The notes below the pieces were generated by a model. The model saw nothing but the letters and a program-made list of their open reading frames with translations, ran no database searches and was not told the origin of the DNA. A DNA stretch of 63,132 nucleotides, filler included, from Rhabdomonas costata (Eukaryota): assembly GCA_019059605.1 (NCBI GenBank). It is 47 parts of 47 records of this genome, joined end to end, with 100 filler letters (N's around TTAATTAATTAA, not from the genome) between each part and the next. Parts side by side here need not be neighbours in the genome. Positions count along the whole stretch, not along the records: positions 47,095 to 48,338 come from JAHMHO010022116.1; positions 48,439 to 49,683 come from JAHMHO010022117.1; positions 49,784 to 51,028 come from JAHMHO010022118.1; positions 51,129 to 52,373 come from JAHMHO010022119.1; positions 52,474 to 53,718 come from JAHMHO010022120.1; positions 53,819 to 55,063 come from JAHMHO010022121.1; positions 55,164 to 56,407 come from JAHMHO010022122.1; positions 56,508 to 57,752 come from JAHMHO010022123.1; 39 more parts are not named here. One strand, 5' to 3'. Position numbers and translations under genes: made by a program. The number at the start of each line of letters is the position of its first letter. Positions within the stretch are counted from its first letter, which is position 1. This document shows, piece by piece, positions 46,995-60,430 of this stretch.

Positions 46995-48466
46995 NNNNNN
47001 NNNNNNNNNNNNNNNNNNNNNNNNNNNNNNNNNNNNNNTTAATTAATTAANNNNNNNNNNNNNNNNNNNNNNNNNNNNNNNNNNNNNNNNNNNNGGTTGG
47101 GTGTCCCTGCGCAGAGGTCTGCTCGAGCCCTGAAGAGGCGAATGAGGAAGAATGAGCTCATCGCAACTTGCAACTTCAAGAATTTGCGGAAGATCACAGT
47201 ATTTTTTTTGGAAAAGTGGTTGGTTCCCGGCCTCTCTATGAATCCAACACATGCACGGCTTTACCGTTGTAGCCCATTAATTCAAAGCGAAATGCTGTAC
47301 TCGTAGTCCTCGCGGCGCCTTTGCCTCAAAGCCATTTTGTGACTCAAAGGTCCTGGGATATCGGGTGTGTTCCTGGGGTGGGGGACGCCTCTGCGCTTTT
47401 AGGGAATGGAAGGTCTCCCTGCTGCTGTCCCACCTGCTGGACGTCTGCCCGGCGACAGCCGCGCAGGAGCTGCTGAAGCTGCCACTGCAGCCGTAAGCGT
47501 GCTACCTTAGTCCTGTTTTTGTTCCTACGGGGGACGTGATTGTCTCTCGTGCCATCGGGGAAAATCTCACTCTGTTTTGTTTTACTCCAGTGTCGAAAGG
47601 TTCGTTTCATTTCAAAATTGATTGAGAGATGGCGAGACGTTTCCAAAAATGTGGCGGTGACTCTGCATTTTAATGTGTATCGCCAGGATTTGCAGTTTCA
47701 ATGTCTGTGTCTTTGCCAGAATCTGTGTCAGGTTCTCACAGCGCTTTCCTTGTTTTCCCTTAGTTTTATTCCATTCGAGATGAAACGTGCCTTATAATTT
47801 GTACCCCGTCCATATTCAACGTTGTGCCCCGGGGGGACTGACCGCAACGTCATCGGGTTCCCTGGTTGCATCCAGTATCCCACCCGATACCCAGCTGTGC
47901 GGAGGCGGATCAGCGACCCAATTGAATTGAAAAAGTCGATTTCTTTTCTTTTTGCAGGGTTACACGAAAAGCAGACTGAACACAACTACATGTGCTGCGT
48001 GGGGTCACCGAAGAACTTTACAAGAAGGAACGCGAGAAGAAATAGAACGGTAAAGCAATGCGAACAAAACAAAACAAAGGGCACTATGTACAGTTCTAAA
48101 CTGTATTCGTCAGAAACCCGACCGACGATAAACCAGGGTGGGAGGCAGGGGAGGAAGGAGGGCGAAAATCAGGGGGAAACCAGGGATATTTTTTTTGTGG
48201 GGGCTTGTTTTTCTTCTTTTCAAAGCTCGCTTTGGGTCGTCGTACTACAAGCTTAGGGTTGAAAACGAATTAATGGTAAAAGAAATGGGCAAGGCGGTCT
48301 CTATTTCCGATCCAAATAACAAAAACAAAAACAAAAACNNNNNNNNNNNNNNNNNNNNNNNNNNNNNNNNNNNNNNNNNNNNTTAATTAATTAANNNNNN
48401 NNNNNNNNNNNNNNNNNNNNNNNNNNNNNNNNNNNNNNTGTGGGGGGGGGGCGAGGGGGCTAGCAC

Positions 48467-48734
48467 CGGAGGAACTCCTGGGCATCGTGTTGGCGGTACC
48501 CCGCAAACGGGGAGGCCCAGCTTCCCACCGTTGACTTGAACTTCGAGGGCGTGACCACGGAGGGGTTGGGCGCCCACAGCTTCGAGACGACCTCCCCGTA
48601 GGCCTCCGCGAGCTTTCCCTTGAGCCCCCGGGTGCGGTTGAGGTGCTGCTTGTGGCGGCCCGTGACAAAGTACACTGTCAGCGGCTCCGTGTTGGAGAGG
48701 CACTGCAGGGTGGCGTTCATGAAGCAGGTGTTCC
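48467..48734 (-). CDS. Ubiquitin-specific protease (peptidase C19, USP4/11/15-like) Cys-box exon
   Basis: GNTCFMNATLQCLSNT...GKLAEAYGEVVSKLW...FAGYRQHDAQEFL; CAG acceptor and GT donor. Confidence 0.95.
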
Positions 48735-50512
48735 CTGCGTGCGGCGTTTTATTTTTCGGAGATTTGGGGTGTGTGCGTGTATGCAAGTTCGCGTGATGCA
48801 AGAATTGGGTGGTTCGATGATGATGATGATCTTGGTTTTTCGCCAACTCTTGATGCCCTCCCTGCCATGTTCCAACACGATCATCACACTGCTACAACAC
48901 CGAAAGCTACACTGTGAACTGAGAGTTTTCTTCACAGCACAGCACATTATAAGAAGCAGCGAAACAGCGTACGCTAACCAGACTTCTGTTCGAAATGTCG
49001 CATGCCAAAGGAAGCGCACATATTCAAACTTCCCCTCAAGCAAGATTAACGCTCACCACCCCCGACACAGCCCACCACTTGCACAGACATCGCCCTTTAC
49101 ACCGGGCCTCAGCACCCACACTCAACATCAACTTCACGTTGCCATCTCCGCCACAGAACGCAGAACCCAAGTCCACCACAACCAGAGCCACGACACCCCA
49201 CCAACCAACAGATCCCCAACCACCTCACCAATCTCATCGGACAAAACCCAGAAACGTGGCACCAAACGCCAGCACCAACAACATAACAGACGCACTCCGA
49301 CTCATTGACCCTCAAACCCACCCCAAAAACGCAATGCCCAACAATGCAAACAATGCTACCCTAGAGTACCGGTAGAAAACACGCACGCGACTAACTCAAG
49401 GCCGAAATCAAGAAAATCACAGAACCCAACACACCATTAATGCCAATAGAGCAGCGAATGCAGAACACCGAACCCGTGTGACAAAAATCCTGTGCTCCAA
49501 TCCCAAATACACAAGCAAACAAGTCAACACCTAAGACAGAACAACATCAAGCGCAGTAACCTGCGTAGCAGATCGAAACGGAGACCGAAATCAGAAACCG
49601 GATAAAAAACACCAACGAGAATCAGAATAGAAACACAACAAAACAACAACGTTGCTTCTCCTCTGTGTAAGCAAACAACAAAANNNNNNNNNNNNNNNNN
49701 NNNNNNNNNNNNNNNNNNNNNNNNNNNTTAATTAATTAANNNNNNNNNNNNNNNNNNNNNNNNNNNNNNNNNNNNNNNNNNNNGTTTTTGTGTTTGGTCA
49801 CCGCCCCACTTTCCCCCTTGTGTAGAGAGAGTGTTTAGAGGACTCACAAATAGGAACAACAACCTTGTGATTCCCCCGTGTCTGACATGTGCTTCCCCAT
49901 CCAAGGATTCTCGGGAGGGTGGTTGGGGCTAGGATGCGTTCGGTCGGGCGTGGCGTGTCCGGCATCTTGGGTCATGTGCAGTGGGGGGCGCCTAACAGAC
50001 GCCTAACAATGTTAGACCGCCACCCCAACTGTGCCCCGTTGGACTGGTCCAATCACTGCCATGCGTGTAACATGGAAAATATGAGCCTGCGTGGCCTTCT
50101 TTTGGATTTCCGCACTTTGTTAGGGCTGGGAGCAGCGATATCCCGTTCTCTGGTTAGTATTGTGACCGAATTTTGGTGGTTGGACATTTTTTCAGCACTG
50201 AACCCTTCACAACCCTTTACATGAGGTCCCATACAACTCACAGGCTGCAGGTTCACCATATTGGGATATAGCGGCGGACTGGAACGAGGTGATCGGGAAG
50301 TTCCCACCGGGCTCGATTTTGGGGCCGGGAACGAAAACCCAGATGTCAAATGTCAGAACGTCAATATATCTTTCCTTTTGTTTTCCTCTGAGTATTCTAA
50401 TCTTTTTTTGAACATCGCAACCTCTCCCCTATCCGCTGGCGTGCTGCCTGTGCCCGACACCACACACCGTCCTCTCTCTTCTCTTTTTCCGCCGGCCTTC
50501 CTGTCCTCTACG

Positions 50513-50677
50513 ATGCGGAGGTTGTGCAACGGGGCTGTTTTCTTTCGCCCTTGGGCTCCTCTTCGCTGTGTGAGAGGGATGGCCGGGCCTCCAGCGGAGG
50601 GTACCGCGGAGACTCCCACTCTCTCCCACCTTAACGCCGCACGCACCCTGCCCGGGATGGTGGATGTGCACCGCAAG
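50513..50677 (+). CDS. moaC: First exon of cyclic pyranopterin monophosphate synthase (MoaC/CNX3/MOCS1B) with a probable mitochondrial transit peptide
   Basis: Arg-rich, acid-free N-terminus MRRLCNGAVFFRPWAPLRCVRGMA, then LSHLN.....PGMVDVHRK (MoaC 'LtH.......MVDv..K'). AAG|GT donor. Confidence 0.8.
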
Positions 50678-51455
50678 GTCCGTGGGCAGATGATTTTGAT
50701 GGTGGGGGGGGGGCGTTGCTCACGAGCTGGTAAAAAAAGCTTTCTATATCCTGGCTGTAGTAAGTGATCGCGTCCAGCCTTGATCCCCAAAACAATATCA
50801 GTCACTGGCTCGTGGCTTTTTTTTTTGCACGGTCCAATATAAATTGCTGTCATCACACATTTACTGTTACTGCCCCCTCGAGGCCAACAGCACTGCTTGT
50901 AGGCTTTTGCCACGGGTGTTCTCCTTCATTATTCGCAGCTGGCCACTGTGCACTACCTGTGGCTGGATCTGTGCTGGCTTTCCAGAACCCCCACTATCCT
51001 CCTCTTGAACTCTTGCCCCCCACACCACNNNNNNNNNNNNNNNNNNNNNNNNNNNNNNNNNNNNNNNNNNNNTTAATTAATTAANNNNNNNNNNNNNNNN
51101 NNNNNNNNNNNNNNNNNNNNNNNNNNNNGGGTGTGTGGGGAAGGACATTCAAGTCCTTTATGCATGTGGGTGTGCGGTGTGCGCACCGGCAAGGCAGCAA
51201 GGTGGATGAGTGTCGGAGAATTTCGAGCGCACACGAAGCGCCGAACACGTCAGCGGAGGCTCCCGAGGTACCCAAGGGAAGAAGGCCACGGCCCAGAAGC
51301 GAAACGTGCTTTGGGTTGAGCGAATAACAATTGAAATCCACCCTCATGTCACAGGCTGGATGTCTCGTGAACGTGCTGTGGGTCTGGTGACTGAAGGTGA
51401 AAATGTGCGAGTGAGTGCGAGTGTATGTGGACGCGAGTGTGATGTTTCTGCTCAG

Positions 51456-51568
51456 CATGCCTCCGACGCGGAGGCAATGCCGATCAGAGCGCTGAGCTTC
51501 ACGGACGTGGCCGCTTTGGAGGCCCTGCTGTGGTCCTCGGGGCACTCCGACGGATCGATACAGGAAAG
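51456..51568 (+). CDS. Single exon, possibly WD40-like
   Basis: CAG acceptor and GT donor; PIRALSF...LWSSGHSDGSIQ. Confidence 0.4.
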
Positions 51569-52488
51569 GTCCACCTGCGCCACCTGTGGTGCGGAGCGCC
51601 GCAACAGGCTAAAATGCGGGAATCCGTGCAACTCGAAGGGTTGCACCGAGACCGACGGCAGATGTTTGGACATAGAAGTGACTTGCCCTCTTTGGAACGC
51701 GGCTTCTCTTGGCAGTTTAGTGTTTGCCAAAAGGGGCGAAGCAGCACTGGAGTTGTGTTTTCTGGTGTCCTGTTTCGCTCCGCTCCTGTTCTTTTGTTAA
51801 ATCTAAAAAATTTTTTTTGTTAGGATGGAGAACACGAGGGGAAGGTTCGCCCTCCGTGGCCGTCATTGTATTTTCATGGTGAGGGGCCTGAAAGAATGGC
51901 CGCAGCTCTATTTTTGACATGCCGATTCAAACAGTAGAGAATGGTGAACAATTCAGGTCTTTTTGCTTTCCCATCGCTGGAACTCCTCTTTCCTTCCTGA
52001 AGACGAGACTTAACAGCATCTTTTTTCGTCAATTTTCGGCCTAAAAATCAGGATTTTACCACAACAACTGCCAGTCCTTTCAGAAAGTCGATTTGCAAAC
52101 CATATGCGTCCCCCTTTCCCCATTTAGCCAATGTTATTTCACAATCGGGTACTCAGCCTACCATAAATGTCAACACTGGGCCACTGAGATGGGTACTTGT
52201 TGACCTAAAAAGCGCATTTTAATTTAAAAACCGAGCTTTGACAATTTTTCCTTACCCTTAGGTTTGCCTGGTTGCAGGGGTTCGCAAAAACAAACACAAG
52301 GTAGACTGGGAAACATGTGAAAATCCCTTTACGCGCAAGTTTCCATTTAAAGCAGTCCAGTAAAAACCAACCCNNNNNNNNNNNNNNNNNNNNNNNNNNN
52401 NNNNNNNNNNNNNNNNNTTAATTAATTAANNNNNNNNNNNNNNNNNNNNNNNNNNNNNNNNNNNNNNNNNNNNTTTTGTGCTTCACAG

Positions 52489-52590
52489 GGGCCGACGTGA
52501 ACCAGGCCGAGACGCAGTTTGGCATGAGCCCGCTGTACATCGCTGCCTGCAATGACAAGTTCGACCTTGTGTTTCTGCTTCTGGAGAACG
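52489..52590 (+). CDS. Ankyrin-repeat exon (one repeat, phase 1-1)
   Basis: GADVNQAETQFGMSPLYIAACNDKFDLVFLLLENG; 102 nt between CAG and GT. Confidence 0.9.
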
Positions 52591-53820
52591 GTACCCCCCT
52601 TGTGTGTGTCTCTCTTTGCTACCTCATACGGAATGCATTGTTCTTCTTCTGGCTTTGCCTCATAAGTGCTCTCAAAGTCTTCCCATCTTCGCTTCGTTTG
52701 GATTTGACGGAACATCTCTGTGAAGCCGGCCACAGGGCTCCCTCCAGGCATCATTGGGAGGTTTCGTAAGTGCATGCGGTTCGTTTTTCGTTTTTGGTGG
52801 ATGTTTTGCTGCCTGTTTTTCTTTTGCGGTCGGCGAGAGGAGAGAGAGAATATGCCTACCCGCGTTTTGCTCGAATCTCACTTCCGTCGGTGAGTGGTGT
52901 GAGCCCTACCCCTCCCCCCCTTCTGATAACCCGCTTCCATTTCTCTCTGCTGTGTGTCTTCCGCGGGTGTACTTTTCCTGGTCTTCTTTTTGGATCGGCC
53001 CCCTTTTTTCTCTTCTTTTCCCTAACGTGTTCCTCTCTTTTTTTTGCTTCCGTTTGCCTTTTTTTGCTCTTCTTTTTCTGTGGTGGTTGGTCTTTCCCAC
53101 AAGCTCTCCAGTGGGTACGTGGGGCGAACTCGGCGCTCGCCACCCGCCGTGGAGCCTAATTCTGCAACGGCAGAGGGGACGGGCCGGCCGGTCACTGTGT
53201 GGTAGGCCCCAAGGTTCCCGGGCTGAGACGGACCCGCTTGGCTGGTGGGGGCCGTGGGGAGAGGCTGCGGGGGCCGTCTCGCGTTCTTTGGGGTTGCCCC
53301 CCCCCAGTGTCTTTCGCTTTGGCCTTGTTGCAATGACTGCCTTTGTGTTTTCTTGTCGAAGAGGGATATTCTTTTCTCTTTGGCGTGTTGCCTCTGTACG
53401 CCTCAATGTCATCATTGATCTTGTATTGCATCCGTCTCTATATTTTCTCACATTTTTAATTGCATATTGAGGGGCGCACATTCCCTTGTCTTGCGATCCA
53501 GATCCTGCAGGGGGTGAAACCTGAGAGTTCCCCGCTTTCTCTCAGAAAAGCGTGAGACTGAACTTCTTCTTTAGAGGTCTCTTTATTTCTGAATGGCTTT
53601 CTTCAGTTATGTTTTGTTTCTTATGGTAAGTGTATGAGCTTTTTGGAAGAGCATTTCTTTGACTGGCCATTCTTTCACTTTGCTTCGGTCTTGGACTCTT
53701 TGTCCCCCCCCCCCAAAANNNNNNNNNNNNNNNNNNNNNNNNNNNNNNNNNNNNNNNNNNNNTTAATTAATTAANNNNNNNNNNNNNNNNNNNNNNNNNN
53801 NNNNNNNNNNNNNNNNNNTG

Positions 53821-53960
53821 TGTGGGGTTGGTTTGCGCTTTTTTTATCGGTTGCTTCAACGGGAATGCCCGGCACAGATGGCAAAGGCCAACGCACAAGA
53901 TAAAATTCGGACCCCCGGGTGTAAAACGACCGATAAAAAAAGCGCAAACAATGCCCCATA
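53821..53960. repeat. Imperfect inverted repeat (MITE-like)
   Basis: GTTTGCGCTTTTTTTATCGGT (53831-) pairs with ACCGATAAAAAAAGCGCAAAC (-53949), with weaker pairing further out. Confidence 0.7.
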
Positions 53961-53999
53961 AAGATAACAGCCTCCGGTCGCGGTGTGCCTGGAACAGCG

Positions 54000-55063
54000 T
54001 CGGTGGGAGTTTGTATTCGGATGGACCGCCGGCTGGCGGGACGAAGCAGCCCATCAAGAAAAAGGCTGCCGACAAGCGAGGAGATCAAGAAGATCAAGGA
54101 AGGGTTTGGAGGTGGAAAAGAAAAGCGGCACCTGGAAATTGCACACTCACAGGTGTTCGATCACACCCGCGCCACCGAGCCACCTAGATCACAAAGCGGG
54201 CCCCGGCGTTCGGGCCTTTCCAACTCCGGCGAACGAAACCACCCCGGGCCCAGCAGTTTTTCCAACCCCGCGGAAGAAAGCAAACATGGTCGCCACACTC
54301 CACCCCACACAACCCCCAACCCCTGGACAAACTTTGAGGTTGCACCAAATGGGCAAAGCCAGGCAGGCATCGGACATCCAAGGCACACCACGGGAAACCC
54401 CGGCGGATACACCAAGATCGGCCCTCGGGTCCCAGAGAACACCCGGGCCAGTTCAGAGCAAATGATCCGGATAAAAAACCCATGCCTACGGCACAACCGA
54501 GGGCGTTGTAACTCCTTCGTCGCACTTTTCGAGCGCCAGAGAGGGCAAGGTCTTCGCAACAGAGTCGAGCTGAGTAAAATGCAGGGACATTGGCTGCGAG
54601 CCAGGCCCCCAAAACGACTCAGCCGCCCACCGGGACGCAGACAGTCGAAACCCAGAAGCTGAGACCGCAAACTCATGCGGAAGGTTAAAAGCCAGCAGCG
54701 CAGACGAGCCGAAGGTGACACAATTCGTGCGAATTTCCGAGACTCTCTGGCAGGATCTGCCGTTACCGTGCCGCTATGCCTTGACGCAAAAATTGGACCT
54801 TGTCCAGGTTGGCGTTGATCAAAGATTCTTGAAGATACCGAACTCGAGCTCGACATCTAGTCAGACCGCACGGAAATCAGCGTTGACAAAGCAGCAGGAA
54901 ATTTTTCATTCACCGAGTTGATGATCGCGCCCAAAAACGATACGCCAAACGACGAACCAATCACAAAGAGAACAAGCGACTTCTGTACGCGCCGGTTCAA
55001 ATGCTGGACACCGGGTCCAGCGACAATTTTATCTTCCCGTCCGTTGCAGATGCCCCAAACCCC
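54000..55063 (+). mobile_element. Possible decayed L1/Tx1-like ORF2 C-terminal region
   Basis: Intronless long broken frames. LPTSEEIKKIKE...PRSQSG/PGVR faintly echoes the 'P....kkI......P...GGLGv' motif. Confidence 0.25.
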
Positions 55064-56067
55064 NNNNNNNNNNNNNNNNNNNNNNNNNNNNNNNNNNNNN
55101 NNNNNNNTTAATTAATTAANNNNNNNNNNNNNNNNNNNNNNNNNNNNNNNNNNNNNNNNNNNNTTTTTTTTTGGCAATTTTGTACAGTTTCGTTTCTGGG
55201 ATGGTATAAAAAAGCCGGTGACCGAGGGAAAAAAGACTTTTATATACAATTTTCAGCGTTACGATTTTACGAAAACGTCCAAGTCTGCTTTGAATGTTTT
55301 GCAAAAAAAAATGCGTACTCGCTTTTTTTTTTACAATTTACTGCAATTGCAAAAATAAAATATCGACGGTAGGTGCTTGGGGGGAATATTTACACTTCTC
55401 CACCTATGCACACACGGGCTGTTCCGAAGCAGGCCTGAGGTCTTTTGTGTGTACAGCAGGCCTCCCGAAACGCTGCGTGGCAGGTCCTTGGGTCAGGAGA
55501 GTCCCGACCTTTCACCCTCGGCCGGTTTTAGTGCCCCTTGGCGGCCCTTTTGTAACCCTTTTGCGCCGCTTCTTGCACCACGCAGCGGAGGGTTTACGAC
55601 AGCACCCACAGCGTACTTTACAATACTTTACGTACTTTAGCTGGAGCATCAAAGATTAATTAATTAGGGAAGGGTGGGGTTCTCCATCGAGTGGTCGATT
55701 GATCGAAGTTGTCGGTTATCCACTAGTGAACGTGCGTTATTTGGTAATCGGCATTCGACACCTCCCGAAGTCACGGTAATCCGTATTTGAGACTATTAAT
55801 TTTTTCAGTGTTGTTCTTGCTCTTCAAAAACGGTATTCGAGCTGCTTCCGCCAGGCGCTCCGGTGTGGGGAGAGTAAAGAGAAGTTAGAGGTTCGGCTGA
55901 AAAGTCCGCAAAAGATAAGCGGGCACCATGCGCCGAGAATTGCCCATAAGGGAACGAGTGCGATCTGCAAGAGACAGTGTGTGGGCGGGGGGGCACAGAA
56001 AGAACACGGCACAAGAAAACAGACAACTAAAAAACGGTAACGGTGCGAAAAGAAACGATAATAGGTT

Positions 56068-56227
56068 AGCAGGGGTGAACTAAGCACACAAGAAACAAAG
56101 ACGATAAACCAAAAAATTAATTAAACAAGAGTCGATTGCCGTTCCCCGTTCCTTCCTGTAAATTGATTGTTTGTTTTTAGTGTTGCACTCTTCCCGAACT
56201 CTTGTGCCTGTGCCGCAGTGCCGTGAG
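56068..56227. repeat. Interspersed repeat, copy 2 (related to 13743-13877)
   Basis: 56150-56227 matches 13800-13877 directly; 56068-56108 matches 13743-13782 in reverse complement. Confidence 0.8.
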
Positions 56228-59200
56228 TTTTCAGCACTGTTGTTGTGAAATTTTTATGCGATATTCTACAGTTGGAGCGTGGGTGCTACCAATCCTCTGG
56301 AGGAGGGGAGAACAAAACCAAACTTCCTGGAGGCAGTCACGTCACCGGAATTGGAGCACAGCACCTCGAGTTCGAGAGAGTTCGAGAGAGAGACAGACAC
56401 ACAAACANNNNNNNNNNNNNNNNNNNNNNNNNNNNNNNNNNNNNNNNNNNNTTAATTAATTAANNNNNNNNNNNNNNNNNNNNNNNNNNNNNNNNNNNNN
56501 NNNNNNNTGTTTTTTGTATCATGGAAATGGGAGATTTTGGCGTCAAAGCAGATGTTTTCCGAGAAAATTGCCCAATCTCAGCAGCATCTCATCAATCAGT
56601 TGGCATCCTCAACACACGCCTACCCGATCATTTAGTTGATGGAGAAAGATACTCAGTTTACTGCCAACACAGGCAGCACGGATCACTTACTGCATTTGGT
56701 AGAGACATTAATAGTGGACCGGGGACACATAAGTTTGCTCTGAGCACTAGAGGTTGCTTGCGTAGAGATATCAAGAGTGATTCAGAGACAATATGGAAGT
56801 TATTTTCTTCTCACAGTCACTAATTGCACTTTGAAGCATTCTTAGTGCTTCAGTAGATTGCATTCTAAATGTTGTATGAGAATAAGGTATGCAGAGTGCC
56901 AATGGTATGCGCAGTTTAGTACAAAGACACGAGTAGTTTTCCCCTGAGTCTAAGCAGCATACTACCTGTAATAGCCAATTTAAAAGCCTAGACGACATGT
57001 GACATGTGACGCTCATGCGTTGTCATCGGAAGCAAATATAATGTAATTCGTACCTGTATACCTGTATCTCAGATGCCTTCGATGTCGTCACAACTGGCAG
57101 CTTCAACGTTAGCAAGCCAATACTATGCATCGGCAGCTCAAATGTCAATGCATGTCTGAAGCCACTTTTGTGTAGAACAGAAGCATTGTTGACATCAGTT
57201 ACGCCACCGTCAACGTACCAATTGTGCGTTACATTTCTAATTGAAGCACACTGAAAATGTGCATTTAAAGATAGTTGAGTTGCATGTAAGATGTGTGATT
57301 CGCAATAATTTTCCCATGGTGTGTGCTATATGAAGTTGGTTTTTAATACTCTGGAATTGGAGACATGCCGCTTCTGGTGTTTTAGAACACCCAAAACAAG
57401 CTCAATTGATGAGTCACTTTGCCGCATGTCTTTATTGTCTGGAGTATGTAGAACCTTCATATCATTACATACATGCGCTGCTAGCCGCTGATTACAAATG
57501 AATATGTGGAAGCGTAAGAAGCTGTCTGCGCTCAAAGACGTTCAGGAGCCGATAAATAACCTTAATCAAGCGGCCACTCCAGTTGATACAGCTCCAAGTA
57601 CACACAAGTGGTACAAAGTATTTACGCATCCAAGCTCAGCGGATGTACATAGAAAAGATGCCGAGTTACAGCTTTACCTGAGAGGATTGCTGGACCATAT
57701 GTACATCAAGGAAGTATGACTCAGTGATCATTTTTGTCCCAAACCCCAAACCNNNNNNNNNNNNNNNNNNNNNNNNNNNNNNNNNNNNNNNNNNNNTTAA
57801 TTAATTAANNNNNNNNNNNNNNNNNNNNNNNNNNNNNNNNNNNNNNNNNNNNGGGTTTTTGGGCACTTGTCGCGCACGCTCCTCCTACGGGCTCCAAGGC
57901 GTGCCTCACGACTGACAAGGGGTCAGGTACAGTGGCCGAAAGAGAGGAGACCACGGCCGTCACCCGGGGAAAGGCTTTCGTGAGGTGGTGCGCAATGCAC
58001 CGGCCTCGCAGAACAAGCTGCACTCATGCTCATTCGGCTTGCCCAGAGCTTCAAAAGGGGGGCACAGCTGTCTCGGAGCCTCCAAAGTTGCGCACCTCCT
58101 GGGACTGCATCCTTGGTTGAATGCAACGCTTTCGCCAAGCGAGTTGGATCTCTCCTTCAGGCTGCCTGGGTGTGTGTCCTCGCCCGACTTACAACCGCTC
58201 TGGACTCCCTTAGTGGTTCTGTTCCTGAAATCGTCACTCCGTCGGCAGCTTATGGCGGGCCCTTGAAGTTATAGCGGCGGAACCGGGGCCTCCCAAAAAG
58301 TTTGGACGGTTGCACTAAACGCTGTGGCCAAGACCATTGAACGCCAGGAAGAAAATCGGCTTGAACACCTTCGCTCTCTTTTCTCCACAGCACACGGCAA
58401 TTCCTGACCTGCCCTTGATCACAACGGGAGCACCACCTTCACCACCGAAGCTCCTGGGTTGTGGCGCCAAGACATAACTGTCCAGCGCGTTCTTCCTATC
58501 CTGGAGCCTAACAAACAAGTAAAAGGACAATTACTCGAGAAGCATTGGACAATGCCAAACGGCTCCGCGCCCAACGATCGCCTACAATTTCCTTAAATTT
58601 TCAATTCAATAGAAATAATAATTCTAAAATAAACTTTTTATTACGTACCGTTGAGTCCTCAGTCCCGGAATTTGGTCTCTTGCTGCACTCATCTCAGACC
58701 AAGAAGTAAGATGAGTATAAAGACGATTTTAGGGGTACTTAATTGAATACCTCATTTCTCACAGAGTAGACTGAGTGGACTGAGATTTGTTAAATTTCAA
58801 AATAGTTTTATGTGAATTATGTTAAACATACTCAAATTCTATAAAATGATTGGTGTAAGGTCTTGCAGAATTCCTCATCAAAACGCTCGCAGGTTCTTCT
58901 GTATCCCAGTTGGTTTTTGACAGAAATAACAGAGTATTGATTGATCCATTCCAAACTGTTCTGCCTCTTGGTGGCCAGCTTACAGTATTGCGGGCTTTTT
59001 TGACAAACGAAAAAAATCACCGCGCGTCACAACGGTTCACTTGCACAGACACAAAAATCTCAGACAAATGAGGAACGGAAGGGGCACCAAAAGAGGGNNN
59101 NNNNNNNNNNNNNNNNNNNNNNNNNNNNNNNNNNNNNNNNNTTAATTAATTAANNNNNNNNNNNNNNNNNNNNNNNNNNNNNNNNNNNNNNNNNNNNTTT

Positions 59201-59432
59201 TGGGTTGTTGGTCGTCATTTGTATTGTGGGGCAGCCGTTCCCTTGTTCTCAAAAATATTAGCTTTCACCGAGGCTGAACCACAACCCCTTAGCAGCCATC
59301 ACGCCTTATTCTGGTGTAACTGCTCGTGAAGAAGTTACTACCAAACGCAGTGGAGTCATTTCCCAGCTCCCGCGGGGACATTTCCTCGACGATTCTGGTA
59401 TTTGTTGGAATGCGGGTCGTCTTCTTTCTAAG

Positions 59433-60430
59433 ATCATCTTCAAATGCCGGTTCAATGCCCCCCGGTAAGGCTTCAGCTACGGAGCCCAGCAGGTCCTGGC
59501 TGACCTCCAGAGCGTGCCGTGCCATTCCTATCACTGTGGAGTTGGTCCCAACCCTGTCCGTGGAGCCGGTAGCCCTTGACCTGGTAAGCTCTTGAGCGAA
59601 GCACGCGTTTTCGTCTCAAATGACATAATGTTGCGCTCATTGGACAATTTTTTGTTCGTTGAAACAGAACATGTGTCCTGTTCCGTATTGTGCACGATTT
59701 TGCACATCCTGTGTTGTTGGAGTGGCAGAAAGCTAAAACATTGTGATCTCATGAGCCTTCACTCGTGACACCAGGGGGACTGAACTCTTACACATCACAT
59801 GGTTTCAGTTGAGCGCCTCTCTCTGCCCACATTTCTTCGGCATATGCCCTGTCTCGCCTTCTGGTCAGGGCGAGGTCTCGGTTGACGCAGTGGCCTCAGC
59901 CAGGTTCACCGTAAGGGCGGCCGAGCCCACGCGCTTTGTGGTACTGCAAGACTTGGACAGCGATGTTCGGCTGAAGTTTGACCAAACCAACGGGTGTGTG
60001 AGTCTTGTTTATCTCAATTATTCTGCTCTCCCCGTGCATACATAAGATGATTACATTGAATCGAAACTCCTCAACCGTGCTCCGGCTTCAAAATTTGGTG
60101 AACATGATCTCACTCGCAAGGCGGTCCCCACGTCCCTGCTGCGCTCAGGACTCGTTTTAGTTTTTTCTGGTTTATATGGGAAGATGCGAGCGCTTTTTGA
60201 ATCATGCCCTGCCTTGGACACTCAGTGCCCTGGGCGCGGGGGAGTCCACGACGATCGGCCTGAGCTGTGTGGTGCCCTCCACGGCGGTGTTCGCAGTGGG
60301 GCGCCCGCAGCGGCACCGCGTCACGGTGCAGTCCACGGCGAGCAAGAAGAACCGCGCTGAACTGGCCGTAGTTCTGCGGCCCACCCGGCCCAACCCCTTA
60401 TCCATCATCGGGGTGGCCGGGGACACCTTG
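59433..60430 (+). CDS. Ig-like (ASH/Hydin/PapD-type) repeat protein; exons 59433-59583, 59869-59993, 60226-60430
   Basis: Phase-consistent splicing gives LSVEPVALDL|GEVSV...ARFTVR...FDQTNG|ALGAGESTTIGLSC, matching 'l.v.P..ldfG.v ... G.l.pGes..i.v'. Confidence 0.7.

Noticed and set aside
49875-49892. Second LTR end (GTCTGACA) similar to 17178
   Set aside because: Only 8 nt are shared, no TGG PBS follows, and there is no further similarity.
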